Source: Eledone cirrhosa
Taxonomy: Eukaryota
NCBI GenBank assembly: GCA_964016885.1
Contig: OZ024740.1
Span: 94,550,001-94,614,000, forward strand
Reading direction: 5' to 3'
DNA length: 64,000 bases
Shown here: in pieces, positions 1 to 12,100 of the stretch
Numbering within the stretch: the stretch's first letter is position 1
Layout of the letters: each line of letters opens with the position of its first letter
The notes under the pieces: model-generated
Told to the model about the DNA's origin: nothing
The model's input: only the letters and a program-made list of their open reading frames with translations
Databases searched by the model: none
Translations under genes and position numbers: made by a program

Positions 1-2874
1 TGCAAAAGCCTCAAGAACCTGATCAGCCAATTCCAAATGTCTGACAGGTACGGACTAGTTTTCTCTAATGCGCCAGTGTAGAGCTGGACTAACCGCATAG
101 AGTCATCTATATCGTAGATTGCCAGTGTATTCATTAGGAAAATAGACATAAATAGTGTAAGCTGTCCACGTTTTGAGACGGTCGCCTATTCAGATCACAT
201 GTTTGGGATCTGTATGGTTGACCTAGATAAGACGCGTAGGTTAGGACCTGGTTACTGGAAGCTAAACATGTCATTTCCGGCAGGTAAAGCTTACAGGGAC
301 AAGGTCAACAATTTAGTTAAGAAAAAGTTGACAGGGGGAGTCGTCAACAATAGATAGTGGGGGCTCTCAAAAGAGAGATTAGAGTAATGTCGATAGAGTT
401 TAGCAAAGAAGTAGCGATAGAGAAAAATAGAAAGGAGGGGGAGTTGGTAGATAAGATAGACGAGGCTATTGGTAGTGGCATTGCAGCTGACGTGCTAGTG
501 GCGAGAATAGCATTAGAATATTTCTTCAATGCGAAACACGAAGGTTGCATTGTCAGAGCTAAGGCGCGTGCTCCGAGCAACGAGGAAACCAAAGCTGTTC
601 GATGGGCCCGCGTGGCAGAGGCGCAGCGTGGTAATAAAACTACGATTCAGTCATTGACGGACCGAGATGGACACGAGCTGAGCGATTCCAAGCGGTTGTG
701 TGTGGCTTTTCGTCAACATTTTGCTCGGTTGTTCGGGGGAAGTGGCGGGTAAGAGATGGTGGCGGACTTCAGTCCCTACCTCGATGGCTTTTCCGCAACT
801 CTCGACGGTTGACGATCTGTGCTGCTAAAGACCAATTACTTCAGCCGAGATTCAGTATGTCCTTGTCGGCTGCATGAGGGGCAGGTCACCCGGTTTGGAT
901 GGTCTGCCCTACGAGCTTTACTTAAATATGCCAGACTTGTTCTCCAAGATCCTCGAAGCACTCTACTGCAACTGGCAGCAAAACGGAAGTATTCCTAGTC
1001 CTGTGAGCCGGGCGTAGTGACGCTGATAAGGAAAGACGAGAACAAGAGGGAGAAATTAGAAAAGTTCAGCCCCATAACTCTGCTCAACACAGAGTTTAAG
1101 ATTTTGGCCAGTGTGTTAGCGAAGAGATTGGCGCTTGTCGTCGGGGATTTGGTTGAGGAGGCGCAAACTTGCGCAATCCCAATCAGGTCCATACACGACA
1201 ACCTCCACCTAATGCGATACATCATAGAGAGGGTAGGGTGTAAACCTTACTTCGGTGGAGCTCTGATCAATTTAGAACTTTCGAAAGCATTTGATAGGGT
1301 CGACCATCTGTACTTCGAGGCTGTCCTCAAGGCGGCTGGCTTCGGCCCCGCATTCAGAAGCTGGATCACTGCAATGCACAGCGGCACCTGCTCGATGGTC
1401 AACATTAATGGCCACCTCTCGGAATCGTTTCAGGTCTCCCGATTGGTCCGTCAAGAGTGCCCTCTCTCCTCCCTTCTGTACGTATTGACTCTCGAGCCTT
1501 TACTACGAAAGCTGGAGCTATTGCAGGGCATCCCGCTTGAACCGGGACGCGGAAAGGCTGTGTCAGTCTTATGCGGACTACATAACCGTGATGGTGTCGG
1601 ACACATCAGAAATCGAGGTGGTCGGCAACTTATTGGAGGAATATGAAAGGTTTACGGGAGCAAAACTTAACACGGAAAAGTCGGTGGACCTGCAACTCGG
1701 CACCTGGAGAGGCCAGGCCTTGCCATTCAACAGCATCGTTAGGCGCTGGACGGACGGACCGGTAAAGTTGCTCGGCGTTTGGTTCAGGCCAGACCTCCAG
1801 GTGGATAATAATTGGGACGAGGTGACGGGCATTCTGACCCCGAAATCGGCTGGAATGAAGCTATCATTAAAAGGTCGGGAAGAGGTGGCGAACGCGTACA
1901 TCGCTTCCATCATCTACTACAGTCTGACCGTCGTCTCTTGCCCCCGTTCGCGCCTCGCCAACTTGGAGCGGCTCCTCTTCAAATTCTTGTGGAGGGGTCA
2001 GGTTCCACTGCTGAGGCGGTCCATCTGCTGCCAACACCCTCTACGTGGAAGGCTGGGCATGACGTGGCTAATGATGCGCAGGAACGCGCTGAGGCGGCGG
2101 CAGCTCCAGTTATTCTGCCTAAACGGTGAACAGGTGTGGTCGCCGTTTGTCAGACGAGCCTTTCCGCAGCTCGTTTCTTTGACTCAGCTGCAGTCCTGGG
2201 TCAAGAAGAGACCGAGACTGGGTGACTAGCATCTGGAATGTTGCCAGGCACTCACTGCCCTCTACCAGGCGGGCAATGCGGTCAGTGGAACTTCCACTCT
2301 CGAGTTCTATAGAGGATTAGTGGTGGGAGAGTGCGACGATGCACTCGGATAGGCTCTGGGAGTCAACGCAGTCGAACTAACCAGTCTGTACTGGAGGACT
2401 TTGAAGTGGTGGACGAGGTTGAAAGGACTGAAGACACACACTTTTCTCTTCGGTCAATCCCTCATCAACTTTTTCATTTTCACTTGGAAAGGAAGGTGAT
2501 GGTGGAGAGAGAAGTGCTCCCCCTCCCACTACATTTGCTGAAAAGTGGGTGAATGAGGCGAGAATGGCCCGTGTGAGTGGGCCTACTCTGGTCATGCGGC
2601 TGTAGGTAGGTACATCTGAGGAGGAGATGGGTGCCCTTCCAGGGTGCTCTCGAACGTCGGGTCGTTCAGGATTGGTGGGGTACCTGAGCGAACCGTTGGT
2701 GGTCATCCCCCATAGTGGGGAATTTTTTCTTTTTGCAATTTTATTGTTAATTTGTTATTGTTATTCATATTGTTTACTCGATTTTTCTGTAAAGCCCCAC
2801 TGTCCCATTCTTTTTTATTGTCCCCTATATGTCGGCCTTTGTGGCCAATAAATGAAATCATTATTATTATTATT
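1..2874 (+). mobile_element. Tx1-like LINE copy 1 (subfamily A); decayed ORF2 cut by the window edge, 3' UTR and (ATT)n tail
   Basis: ORF pieces give RT motifs (PITLLNTEFKILA, SKAFDRVDH, VRQECPLS, YADYIT) and end-of-endonuclease GPGYWKLN. Many stops and frameshifts; the C-terminal CCHC region is deleted near 2400. AATAAA near 2847 then ATT repeats 2860-2874. Confidence 0.9.
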
Positions 2875-3285
2875 TCATTTCAAAAGGAAAATCGGGGTAG
2901 AGAGGGCAGTGTCTCTTCCCAGCATTTTGTTGAAAGATGGGTGAGAGAAACAAGTATAGCCCGAGTGAATCGGCCTACTTTGAGTATGTGTCTGTAAATT
3001 AAAGGTGGACACCTGGGAGAGGGCACTTGCCCTGTTGGTCAGGGTCACTGTGGTCTTTTAATGGGCTTTCTCCACAAAGTCCCTCGGAAGTCTCCCCCCT
3101 ATTGTGGAATTTGTTTTTGTTATTTTATTACATCCTCTGTTTTTTTTACACGCAGAAATGCCCATTTGTGACGTCCTGTATTGTCCTGTACTGTACTTAA
3201 TGTCTACTTTATGTAAACCCTTGTGGTTAATAAAGAAAACATTATTATTATTATTGTTATTATTATTATTTGTATTATTATTATT
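2875..3285 (+). mobile_element. 5'-truncated Tx1-like 3' fragment (subfamily B) with (ATT)n tail
   Basis: Closely resembles 8705-9128 (…SQHFVERWVRE…PTLSMCL*, 3' UTR, AATAAA, ATT tail 3241-3285). Starts directly after the tail of copy 1. Confidence 0.9.
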
Positions 3286-3499
3286 GGCGACCTACGTAGT
3301 AAATCGTATGATTGTTAGCTCCGCAAATGTTTGTTATTTTCAGTTATTTAAAATTGCCATTTATGCAAAAATGTATTGTTAACTGTATATAAGTGCACAT
3401 ACATTGATTTCTGAAAAGGACAATCAAAAATATTGAGGCCTTGAGACCAAAATTTAAACTTTTTATAATTATCAAACAAAAATATTTCTTTGAAAAATC

Positions 3500-5408
3500 A
3501 TGGATGTCTCAGAGGCACTCCTACCTCAAAATCTAACACCTCACACCGACACCATCATTGTAAATATTGCTACGTTTGTCAACACTGGAAATGTAAACAG
3601 TAGCAATATTTTAAATTTGTCTCAGGCAGACGTTCATTTCCCGCCATTACCAACCACTGCAGGTGTTAAAGCCACCACCACCACCACAACGACAACAGAA
3701 ACAAAAGAAAACATAAATTAACTCGTGATATCGAAATGAATTCAACCAAAATGAACTCTTCCACACAGAACAACACTGACGCCACCACCACTACAACTGA
3801 AACTAATATTAACAATAGCAAAAATATCGATAACAACAACAGCAAAAATGAAATTAAGAAAACTACCCTGAGTTTTGCCAGAGTAGCAAAAACGTGCGAA
3901 GCGATTCAGGTATCTCAGGAGGAATTAGAATGGTAAAGAAAGATGTGTACAGGGTCAGCCTCACTCCCCACCTAATAACATGGAGCAACGTCGCCTATGC
4001 ACCGTGTCTTAGCGGACAATTAACATAAAATCGCGCCGAGTGGAACGGGCATCCGAGTCCCAAATCTAAAAAGTTTTGGAACATGTGTGGGCAAAAGAAA
4101 ACCAACACCAGACGTGGGCAGAAGTATAGAACCGTGGATGTGTTCTATGAAACACAACAGGAGGCCAGAGAACACTCCATGGCCACATTAAGAAGTGACG
4201 ACTTCACACTCGTACCAAGCTATTGTGGCCAGAGACTTGTAAAGACCAGGGTGACCCACGGTCCACCGGCCATCCACATTTCCTGGCTAATGGCTGCCGG
4301 CCTGGCAGGCACCGAGGCCAACATCAAGATTATTGAAATAGCGAAAGAAAAGCAGAAGAACTGGTCCGGATCTGGGATGGAGCTCCTGATCCAAGCGGAC
4401 CATAAAAGCATTGAGGAGATCCCATAGTTAATAAACCTCACTGACGGCAGCCACCTCACCGTAATCGTCGAGGGCAGAAGACCTAGGTGTGTCGTTTGTG
4501 GTGAAGGAACCCAGCTAAGGGCTTTCTGCCCTCAGGTTAAAAGGTTGATGCCACCTCTTTTACCCATCCCAGTGACTCAACCATCAACACCACCAGCAGC
4601 GGAAATGACAGCAACAACTGTAGCAGCAACAACAGAAGCAACTGTAACAGCAACAACCACAGCAAAAGTAGGAAAAACCAAAACTAACACAACCACCACC
4701 CAACGCGCCAGAACTAGCACCAGCGCCTAAACCATCCACCACGCCACAACCAAAACCAACGCTTGTGGAGGATTTTCCACTCCCCGGTTTATCGCAACTG
4801 GAGACAGATTGTGACGATGAGGAGTGGGAAACTGTATCAGGAAAAAAGAAAAAAAGAAACAAAAAAAAGAAAAAAATACTCCTTCCTCCCCCCTCCAAAA
4901 ACAAAATACAGAGGGAAACAAACAAATCATCAAACAAAAACGTTAGGACAGATATGCCACCATCCACACCAGCATCACCAACCCCATCACCACAAACACC
5001 AACACCATCACCATCATTAATCCCAACACCACCATCATCAACACCACAAAAGTCACCAAAAAGCGTAACAGAAACAATCCCCACAACAAACGCAAACAAA
5101 ACAAATAAACCAAAACGATACACACTACACAGCATTACATTTGAACAACAACCAATTGTTACACTACATGCAACACAACACCAGCATCACAGAAAAAGAC
5201 TACAAAACAACCCACAATCACACCACCTTCACACATACAAATCACTCGCATCACACAGAAAACGTAAACGACACTAAAACAAAAATTCCCCAAAGACATC
5301 GGAGACTTCCGACAAACACTCTCCAGGAGGATGTATAAGGACATCCTTCCGCAGGAGGCCACAAGCAGTGAAAAGGATGGAAAATCTTCCCTCCTCTACG
5401 AGAAGTAA
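3500..5408 (+). pseudogene. ORF1 (gag-like) of the Tx1-like LINE, disrupted
   Basis: T/N-rich N-terminus, conserved middle block (LVPSYCGQRLVK…, VEGRRPRCVVCGEG degenerate zinc knuckle), P/T- and K-rich tracts, ends …SSLLYEK* at TAA 5406-5408. Homologous to 14108-16174 and 31211-33033. Confidence 0.8.
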
Positions 5409-5447
5409 GGTAAGTGGTCTTTCCCATCTTTTCCACTCCATTTCAAC

Positions 5448-8400
5448 ATGACCTCACTCAGAATAGGCAGCATAGATGCGCGTGGCTTGGGGTCGTCATG
5501 GAAGCAGGACCACCTGCTCAACGACCTCAGGTCACTAAACATAGATGCAGTGGCCATCAGCGAGACCAGAATCTCCGAAGCACGGGCCTTCGCACCGATC
5601 TTCGGCGGCTACGATGTGTAAGCATCTCCCAGCCGTCCGGGATCGGGGGGAAGTTGTTGCTGTGATGTTTCAGAGAGGTTTGGATCTCGCCATACGGGCC
5701 ATCTTCCTGGAACCCGAAGGTAAGTTAGTGGTGCTAGACGTGACCAGCGGAGACGATCACGTTTTCAGGCTAGTGGCCATCTATGCCCCGACAGGAGCAG
5801 GGCGGCCTGATTTATTCCGGCGCCTGGAGATCTTTCGTGGAACGTCCCGCTCTATAGTGTTAGTGGGGTACTGGAACGGGATCTTAGATGCACGCTGGGA
5901 CTGTGTGGGATTAGCGGATAGAGGTGGAGGGTTCAGGAGCCTCACCAATCTGCTCAGGCGTTTTGAACTGTCTGACAGGTCCCGAATTGGATTTGCCGAA
6001 TGTGCCAATGTGGACTTGGACAAATCGCATAGGGTCATCCAGATCATATCTAGATAGAGTATGTTGTAGAGAAAAAGATAGGTCTAGCATAAGATGTCCA
6101 AAATTCAAGATAGTCAGGTACACGGACCACAAATTCGTGATCTATGTGCTTGACTTAGCTAGGCTTCATAGACGAGGACCCGGCTACTGGAAGTTAAACG
6201 CGTCCTTACCAGCGCGCAAGGCCTACAGAGACCGGATTAGCGAACTAGTTAAGCCAGCGTTGACGGGGGCAATCGTCAAAAACAAGTGGTGGTTTGTTCT
6301 GAAAAGAGCAATTAGAATAGAATATATTAGGTTTAGTAAGGCTTTAACAATAGAGAAAAATAGAGCAGAGGCAGAATTAGTTAGAAAATTAGACGAGGCG
6401 CTTAGCAAAGGCATTGCGACCGACGTACTTGCGGCGAAATTGGCCCTTGACCAATGTTTCAATGCAAAGCACGAAGGCTGCGTTGTCAGCACTAGAGTGC
6501 GTGCTCTCAGACACGAGGGGACGAAAACCGTTCAATGGGCCCGAGTGGCGGAGGTGCGTCTTGGCAACAAAGCCACGATCCGGTCTTTGGTGGACCACGA
6601 CGGGCGCATGCTACTCGATCCCGGGAAAATGTGTGAAGCTTTTCAGCGACATTTCGCTCAGTTGTTGGGGGGCAGCGGCGGGCCGGTTCGAAGGATGGAC
6701 TTTAGTGTCTACCTCGACAGACTGCCACGGCTCTCGTCCACTATGGCGGAGTGATAACAGCCGCTGAAGTACGGTAGGCAATGACGAGCTGCACAAGGGG
6801 TAAATCGCCTGGTTTGGATGGTCCACCCTATGAACTTTACGTACCGATGCCAGACTTGTTCGGAGGCCTCTTGGCGGACGTCTACTGCAACTGGCAACAG
6901 AACGGGAGAATTCCCAGCTCTGTGAGGCGAGGAGCGGTGGCGCTGCTGAGAAAGGATCCGAACAAGGGGGATAACTGAGATAACTTTAGGCACATAACTG
7001 CTAAACACAGATTTCAAATATTTTGGCCAAGGTGCTAGCAAAGAGGTTGGCGCTTGTCGTTGGTGGTCTGGTGGGAGAGGCGCAGACATGCGCCATTCCC
7101 GACAGATCCATCCACGACAACCTCAACCTCATGCGATATATCGTAGAGAGGGTAACTAGGAACCTTGGAGGTGTCGGTCCTTGATCAATTTAGATCAGTC
7201 GAGGAGAGCTTTCGATAGGATCGACCATCGTTACCTAGCGGCAGTCCTGAGGGCGGCTGGCTTTGGGCCCGTCTTTAGAGGCTGGATCGCTGCCATGCAC
7301 AGCGAGATCTGCTCTGTGGTGAGAGTGAACGGTCACTATTCGGAACCGTTCAACATCATGCGTTCGGTCCGCCAAAGATGACCCCGCTCGTGCCTCTTGT
7401 ACGTATTGACTCTCGAGCCATTACTGCACAAACTGGACACGTTAATGGGGGTCCCGCGCGAACTAGGATGCGGAGATCCGTGTCAGCATATGCGGACGAT
7501 GTCACCGTAGTGGTGTCGAACGCCAAACACATCGAGGCGATCGGAACTACACTAAGAGAATACGAAGCGGTGACAGGAGCAATGATCAACCAGGAAAAGT
7601 CAGTGGGCCTGCAGCTCGGCACCTGGAGAGGCAGGGCCATGCCGTCCAACAGCGTCGTCAGGCGCTGGACGGATGGACCAGTGAACTTGCTAGGGGTCTG
7701 GTTCGGTCCGGACCTCCAGACGGACAACTGGGACGAGATGACGAGCAGGGTGGCTTCTCTCACCCAGAAATAGGCCGAGAGGAAGCTATCCCTGAAAGGT
7801 CGAGCGGAGGTGGCTAACGCGTATATCGCCTCTGCCATCTACTACCGTCTGACCGTCGTACCTTGTCCTAAGCCCCGCCTAACTGCGCTGGAGCGTTTGC
7901 TCTTTCGGTTTTTGTCGAAGGGACGCGCTAAGATGGTCAGGCGGTCCATCTGCTGTCAACACCCGCTACGTGGAGGGCTGGGCATGCCGTGGCTGATGAT
8001 GCGCAGACACGCGCTCAGGCTACGACATCTCCACCTCTTCCACGACGGTGATCAGGTGTGGTCTCGGTTTGCTAGACGAGTCTTTCCACAGCTCGTCTCC
8101 TTGACAGAGCTGCAGTCCTGGGTCAAGCGAAGACTTAGAGGGAGCGCTTGGAGACTGTAATGTCTTCAGGCGCTCACAGCTGTCGACCAATCGGGTAATG
8201 TGATCGGTGGAAACTCCAACTTGGCGTTCTATAGAGGATTAGTGGAGGGGAAGAGCGACGACGAAAAAAAACAAGCCGATCTCTTCGGAAGAACTTTCGG
8301 GCCGGGGCCTGACTTTTCCTGGTTGATCAGAAATCCTTGGCCTGGCAAACCGAGGAGGTTTGCCAGTTCGGGATAAACTCTACAGGCATGGAGGTGCCGT

Positions 8401-8828
8401 CAGCCGGGCATGTCCGGGATGCGCGCAGGGCGATGAAACCGTCCTGCACGCACTCGACCAGTGTCCGAGCATTGCTGACTTGTGGGTCTATGTCGAACAC
8501 CTGCTGTCGCGTGTAGGACGGATCCAGCTATCAGCTGAGTCCATCGGGATGATTGCCCCGCCCACTTCCTTTAGCCGGGCAGGGCAGGCAGTTTTTTATC
8601 TGTCTGGTGGCCACGGCGAAAGAGATAGTATGGTGGACACGTTTGAAAGGGTTGAAGACGAGCACTTACCTCTTCGGTGATGCCCTGATTAACTTTTTCA
8701 AATGTCATTTAAAAAGGAAAATCAGGGTAGAAAGGGAAGTGCTCTCTTCCCAGCATTTTGTTGAAAGATGGGTGAGAGAGGCAAAAATTGCCCGAGTGAA
8801 TGGGCCTACTCTGAGTATGTGTCTGTAA
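5448..8828 (+). pseudogene. ORF2 (APE endonuclease, RT, CCHC) of the Tx1-like LINE, disrupted
   Basis: APE motifs (AIYAPT, SYLDRV, YTDHKFV, GPGYWKLN), RT (GKSPGLDG, AFDRIDH, AYADDVTV), zinc finger CPGC…H…C near 8410-8465; several frameshifts. Confidence 0.92.
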
Positions 8829-9097
8829 ATTAAAGGTGGAAAACTGGGAGAGGGCACTTGCCCTGCTGGTTAGGGTCACTGTGGCTTTTTAATGGGCTTT
8901 CTCCACGAATGTCCTTCTGATGTCGCCCCCCCCCCCTATTAGGGAATGTTTTCATTGTTCTATTATTACATCCTCTGTTTCTTGTTTTTTACAAGCAGAA
9001 ATGCCCATTTTTACCGCCCTGTATTGTCCGGTACTGTCCTTAATGTCTACTTTATGTAGACCCTTGTGGTTAATAAAGAAAGCATTATTATTATTAC

Positions 9098-9128
<31 letters not shown>

Positions 9129-9129
<1 letters not shown>

Positions 9130-12100
9130 CTTGAATCTCAGTCATTGATGTTGGTTAACTGGAAAGTCCGTTGGAATGAATATCAAGCCACTACCTGCAG
9201 CCTCAGATATTCAGGACGTATCGGAGGGTCCTTGTTGTTCCCAGCAAGCATGCCTTTTGAAGCGTTCAAAAAAGCGTGAAGGGGCCGATTTTCTTTAACC
9301 ATCCCTGGAAACTGTTGGCGATAGTCCCCAGTGCGCCTATAACAATCGGAATCACTTTGACTTCATGGCATTTCCAAATCCTTTTTACCTGCCACTTTAA
9401 GTCCTGGTATCGCTTAATTGTCTCCCTCTCCTTCTCTTGCACTCTCGTGTCGAATGGGCAGGCCACATCCACAATCAGACACGATCTTTTTTCTTTGTCC
9501 ACAACCACCAGGTCTGGTCTATTGTGTTCCAGTTTCTTGTCCGTCTGTATCCTAAAATCCCACAGCACCTTCACCTGATCGTTCTCAATCACCGCCTCTG
9601 GCCTATGCTCATACCATTTCTCAGAATGTGGTAAATTGTTTAATTTGCACAGGTGCCAGTGGATCACCCTGCCCATCACATCATGTCTCCAGCCCTTATA
9701 GCGGGTATGGGCTAGGTGTTTACACTCGGATACTATGTGAGCCACAGTCTCCTCTCTCTCCCCACAGATCCTGCACAGTGGGCTAGCCTCCTCCTTGTAA
9801 ATATGGTGTTTCAACCACTTCGTTTTGAGTCCTGCTCCTGCGCAGCCATTAACATTCCTTTTTGAGGTTTCCTCTTCTCAACCAGTTCCATGTCTGTGGA
9901 TCTCTAAATTCAGTTTTCTCAAAGAAGGTACTATGAAGGGATTTTCCCTGAAGGCTGCTCTTTCTCCTTGATGTTATTTCCTTCTTGGACATCCCCTGGC
10001 CTATTGTCCCCTCCTTCAGTACAGTTCTGAGCATTGTCTCCTTACTATCAGTCACGTATTTGTATAGGTTGTTTTTCTCCATCTGAACAATCCTCTATGC
10101 TGATAAGACCTCTTCCGCCCTCAGATCTCCTTAGGTAGAGTCTATCGACATCACTCCTCTTGTGGAACATGTTGTAGATAGTCAATAGCTTCCTAGTCTT
10201 CCTATCCATTTCTTTTTGTTCAGCAACATTCCATCTCATAATTCCCGCACTGTACCTAATAATAGTCACAGCTCTGGAATTTACTGTGCTTATGGCATTT
10301 CTGCTGTTCAGATGTGACTTCAATACGCTCCTTACTCTCCGAAGGTATTCAGTTCTTAACAATTCCTTCATGTTTTTGTTCTTTATGCCATCAGTCTCCA
10401 GAACGCCCAAATACTTGTATCCTTCCTCAGAGTCAATTTCCTTTATGATCTCACCTGTTGGCATCTGGATTCCGTTACTTCTGCTCAACCTACCCCTCCT
10501 CATCAGAATGACTCCACACTTACTAATACCAAACTGCATACATATATCACTGCTGAAAATACGGACAGTGTCAACAAGCACATCCAACTCCTTCTCACTC
10601 TTCCCGAAGAGCTTAAGATCGTCCATGAAGAGGAGGTGACTGATGGTAAGCTCTCCCTTTCCCAACTTGCATCCTGCTCTCACTTTTCGCAGCATAATAG
10701 TGAAGGGCATCAGGGCAAGGACAAACAACAGAGGGGACAGGCTATCTCCCTGGAAGATACCTCTCTTGATCTTCACGCTTCCCAAGGATTCTCCAGTTGA
10801 TGTCAACTCTGTCTCCCAGGACCCCATACTCCTGCTCAGCAACTGTCTGATGTTATCTGCCACCTTGAAGATCTCCAGGCTTTTGGTGATCCAAGAATGA
10901 GGCACCATGTCAAATGCCTTTCTGTAGTCTATCCATCCCATGACAAGATCAGTGTGTCTCCTCCTGCCATTCCCCATTACCATCTTATCAATAAGTAACT
11001 GGTCCTTTGTACCACGTGACTTCTTTCGGCATCCTTTCTGTTCGTCCGGTAACAAGTTGTTTGTGTGGAGGTGATGGTAGATTTCCTCAGACACAATGCC
11101 CGTCAACAGTTTCCACATGACGGACAGACATGTGATAGGTCTATAGTTGGTAACATCATTACCCTTGATTCGGTCTTTCATTATCAGAACTGTGGTACCT
11201 TTTGTCAACCACTCTGGCACCTCACCCGACACCAAGCAGTCATTGAACATGGCTGTCAGTTTCGGGTGGAGGTATGTTAAATGTTTAATCCAATACCCCT
11301 GCACACCTTCTGGGCCTGGTGATTTCCAGTTGGTTAGTTTTTTGGCCTGCCCCTTAAGAGTTTCAACTGTGATACTCAAATCAGTTTGTTGGTGTGCCTG
11401 CTCAAAGATCTCCCTCTGTACTGTCTCAATGCACCCTGCCTGGTCATTATGTCTAACATCCTGCCCCCATATTCCTCTCCAGAATGTTTTAGTTTGTTCC
11501 GCCTCAGGGATCAAGTCGTTGCCTCTTTCTTTCCCCTCAAGCTCTTCAAACCGCATCTTCTGGTTGTTGTCGAACATGCGGTTCTGTTTATACTGACTGA
11601 CTCCGTTCTCGTATCGCCTGATTGTTGCACTCTTTGCTACAATGCCTTGCTTCAGTTCCTCTATGATTAATATTTAGCTTTTTCCTCCTAGTTTTGTACT
11701 ATATTTCCAGTTTATTTTTAGTGCCTATGTTTTTTAGTGTCCCATTCAGTAGTGACTCAAGCTTTCCTATGTCATTTCTCATTTCCCTCATTTGACCACT
11801 CAGTCGTTTCTTCCACCAAGGCTCTGCTCTTTCTTGTCTGTTGTTTCCTCTCGCTTTTATAACAAGTAGTTTCCTCACCGTATTTGCTGTTGCTTTGAGG
11901 ATTTTGTTGCACTGGTGAAGGCTCCTCGCCTCAATGTATGGGATGACTTTGTTTACCTTAGCTGTTGTTTCTTTTAACTTTTTCCTGACTACAAATCTTA
12001 GGTTCATAGGTCTCCCACTATCATTGTTCAATTCCTCTACCACTCAATTTAGGCTGTCAACCGAATCTTGTCCTAGCGCGTCAGCATTCATCTCCTCAGT

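Larger units (their letters stand above)
3286..9128 (+). mobile_element. Apparently full-length but decayed Tx1-like LINE (subfamily B)
   Basis: 5' UTR, ORF1, ORF2, 3' UTR and (ATT)n tail 9084-9128; flanked by ATT repeats on both sides. Confidence 0.92.
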
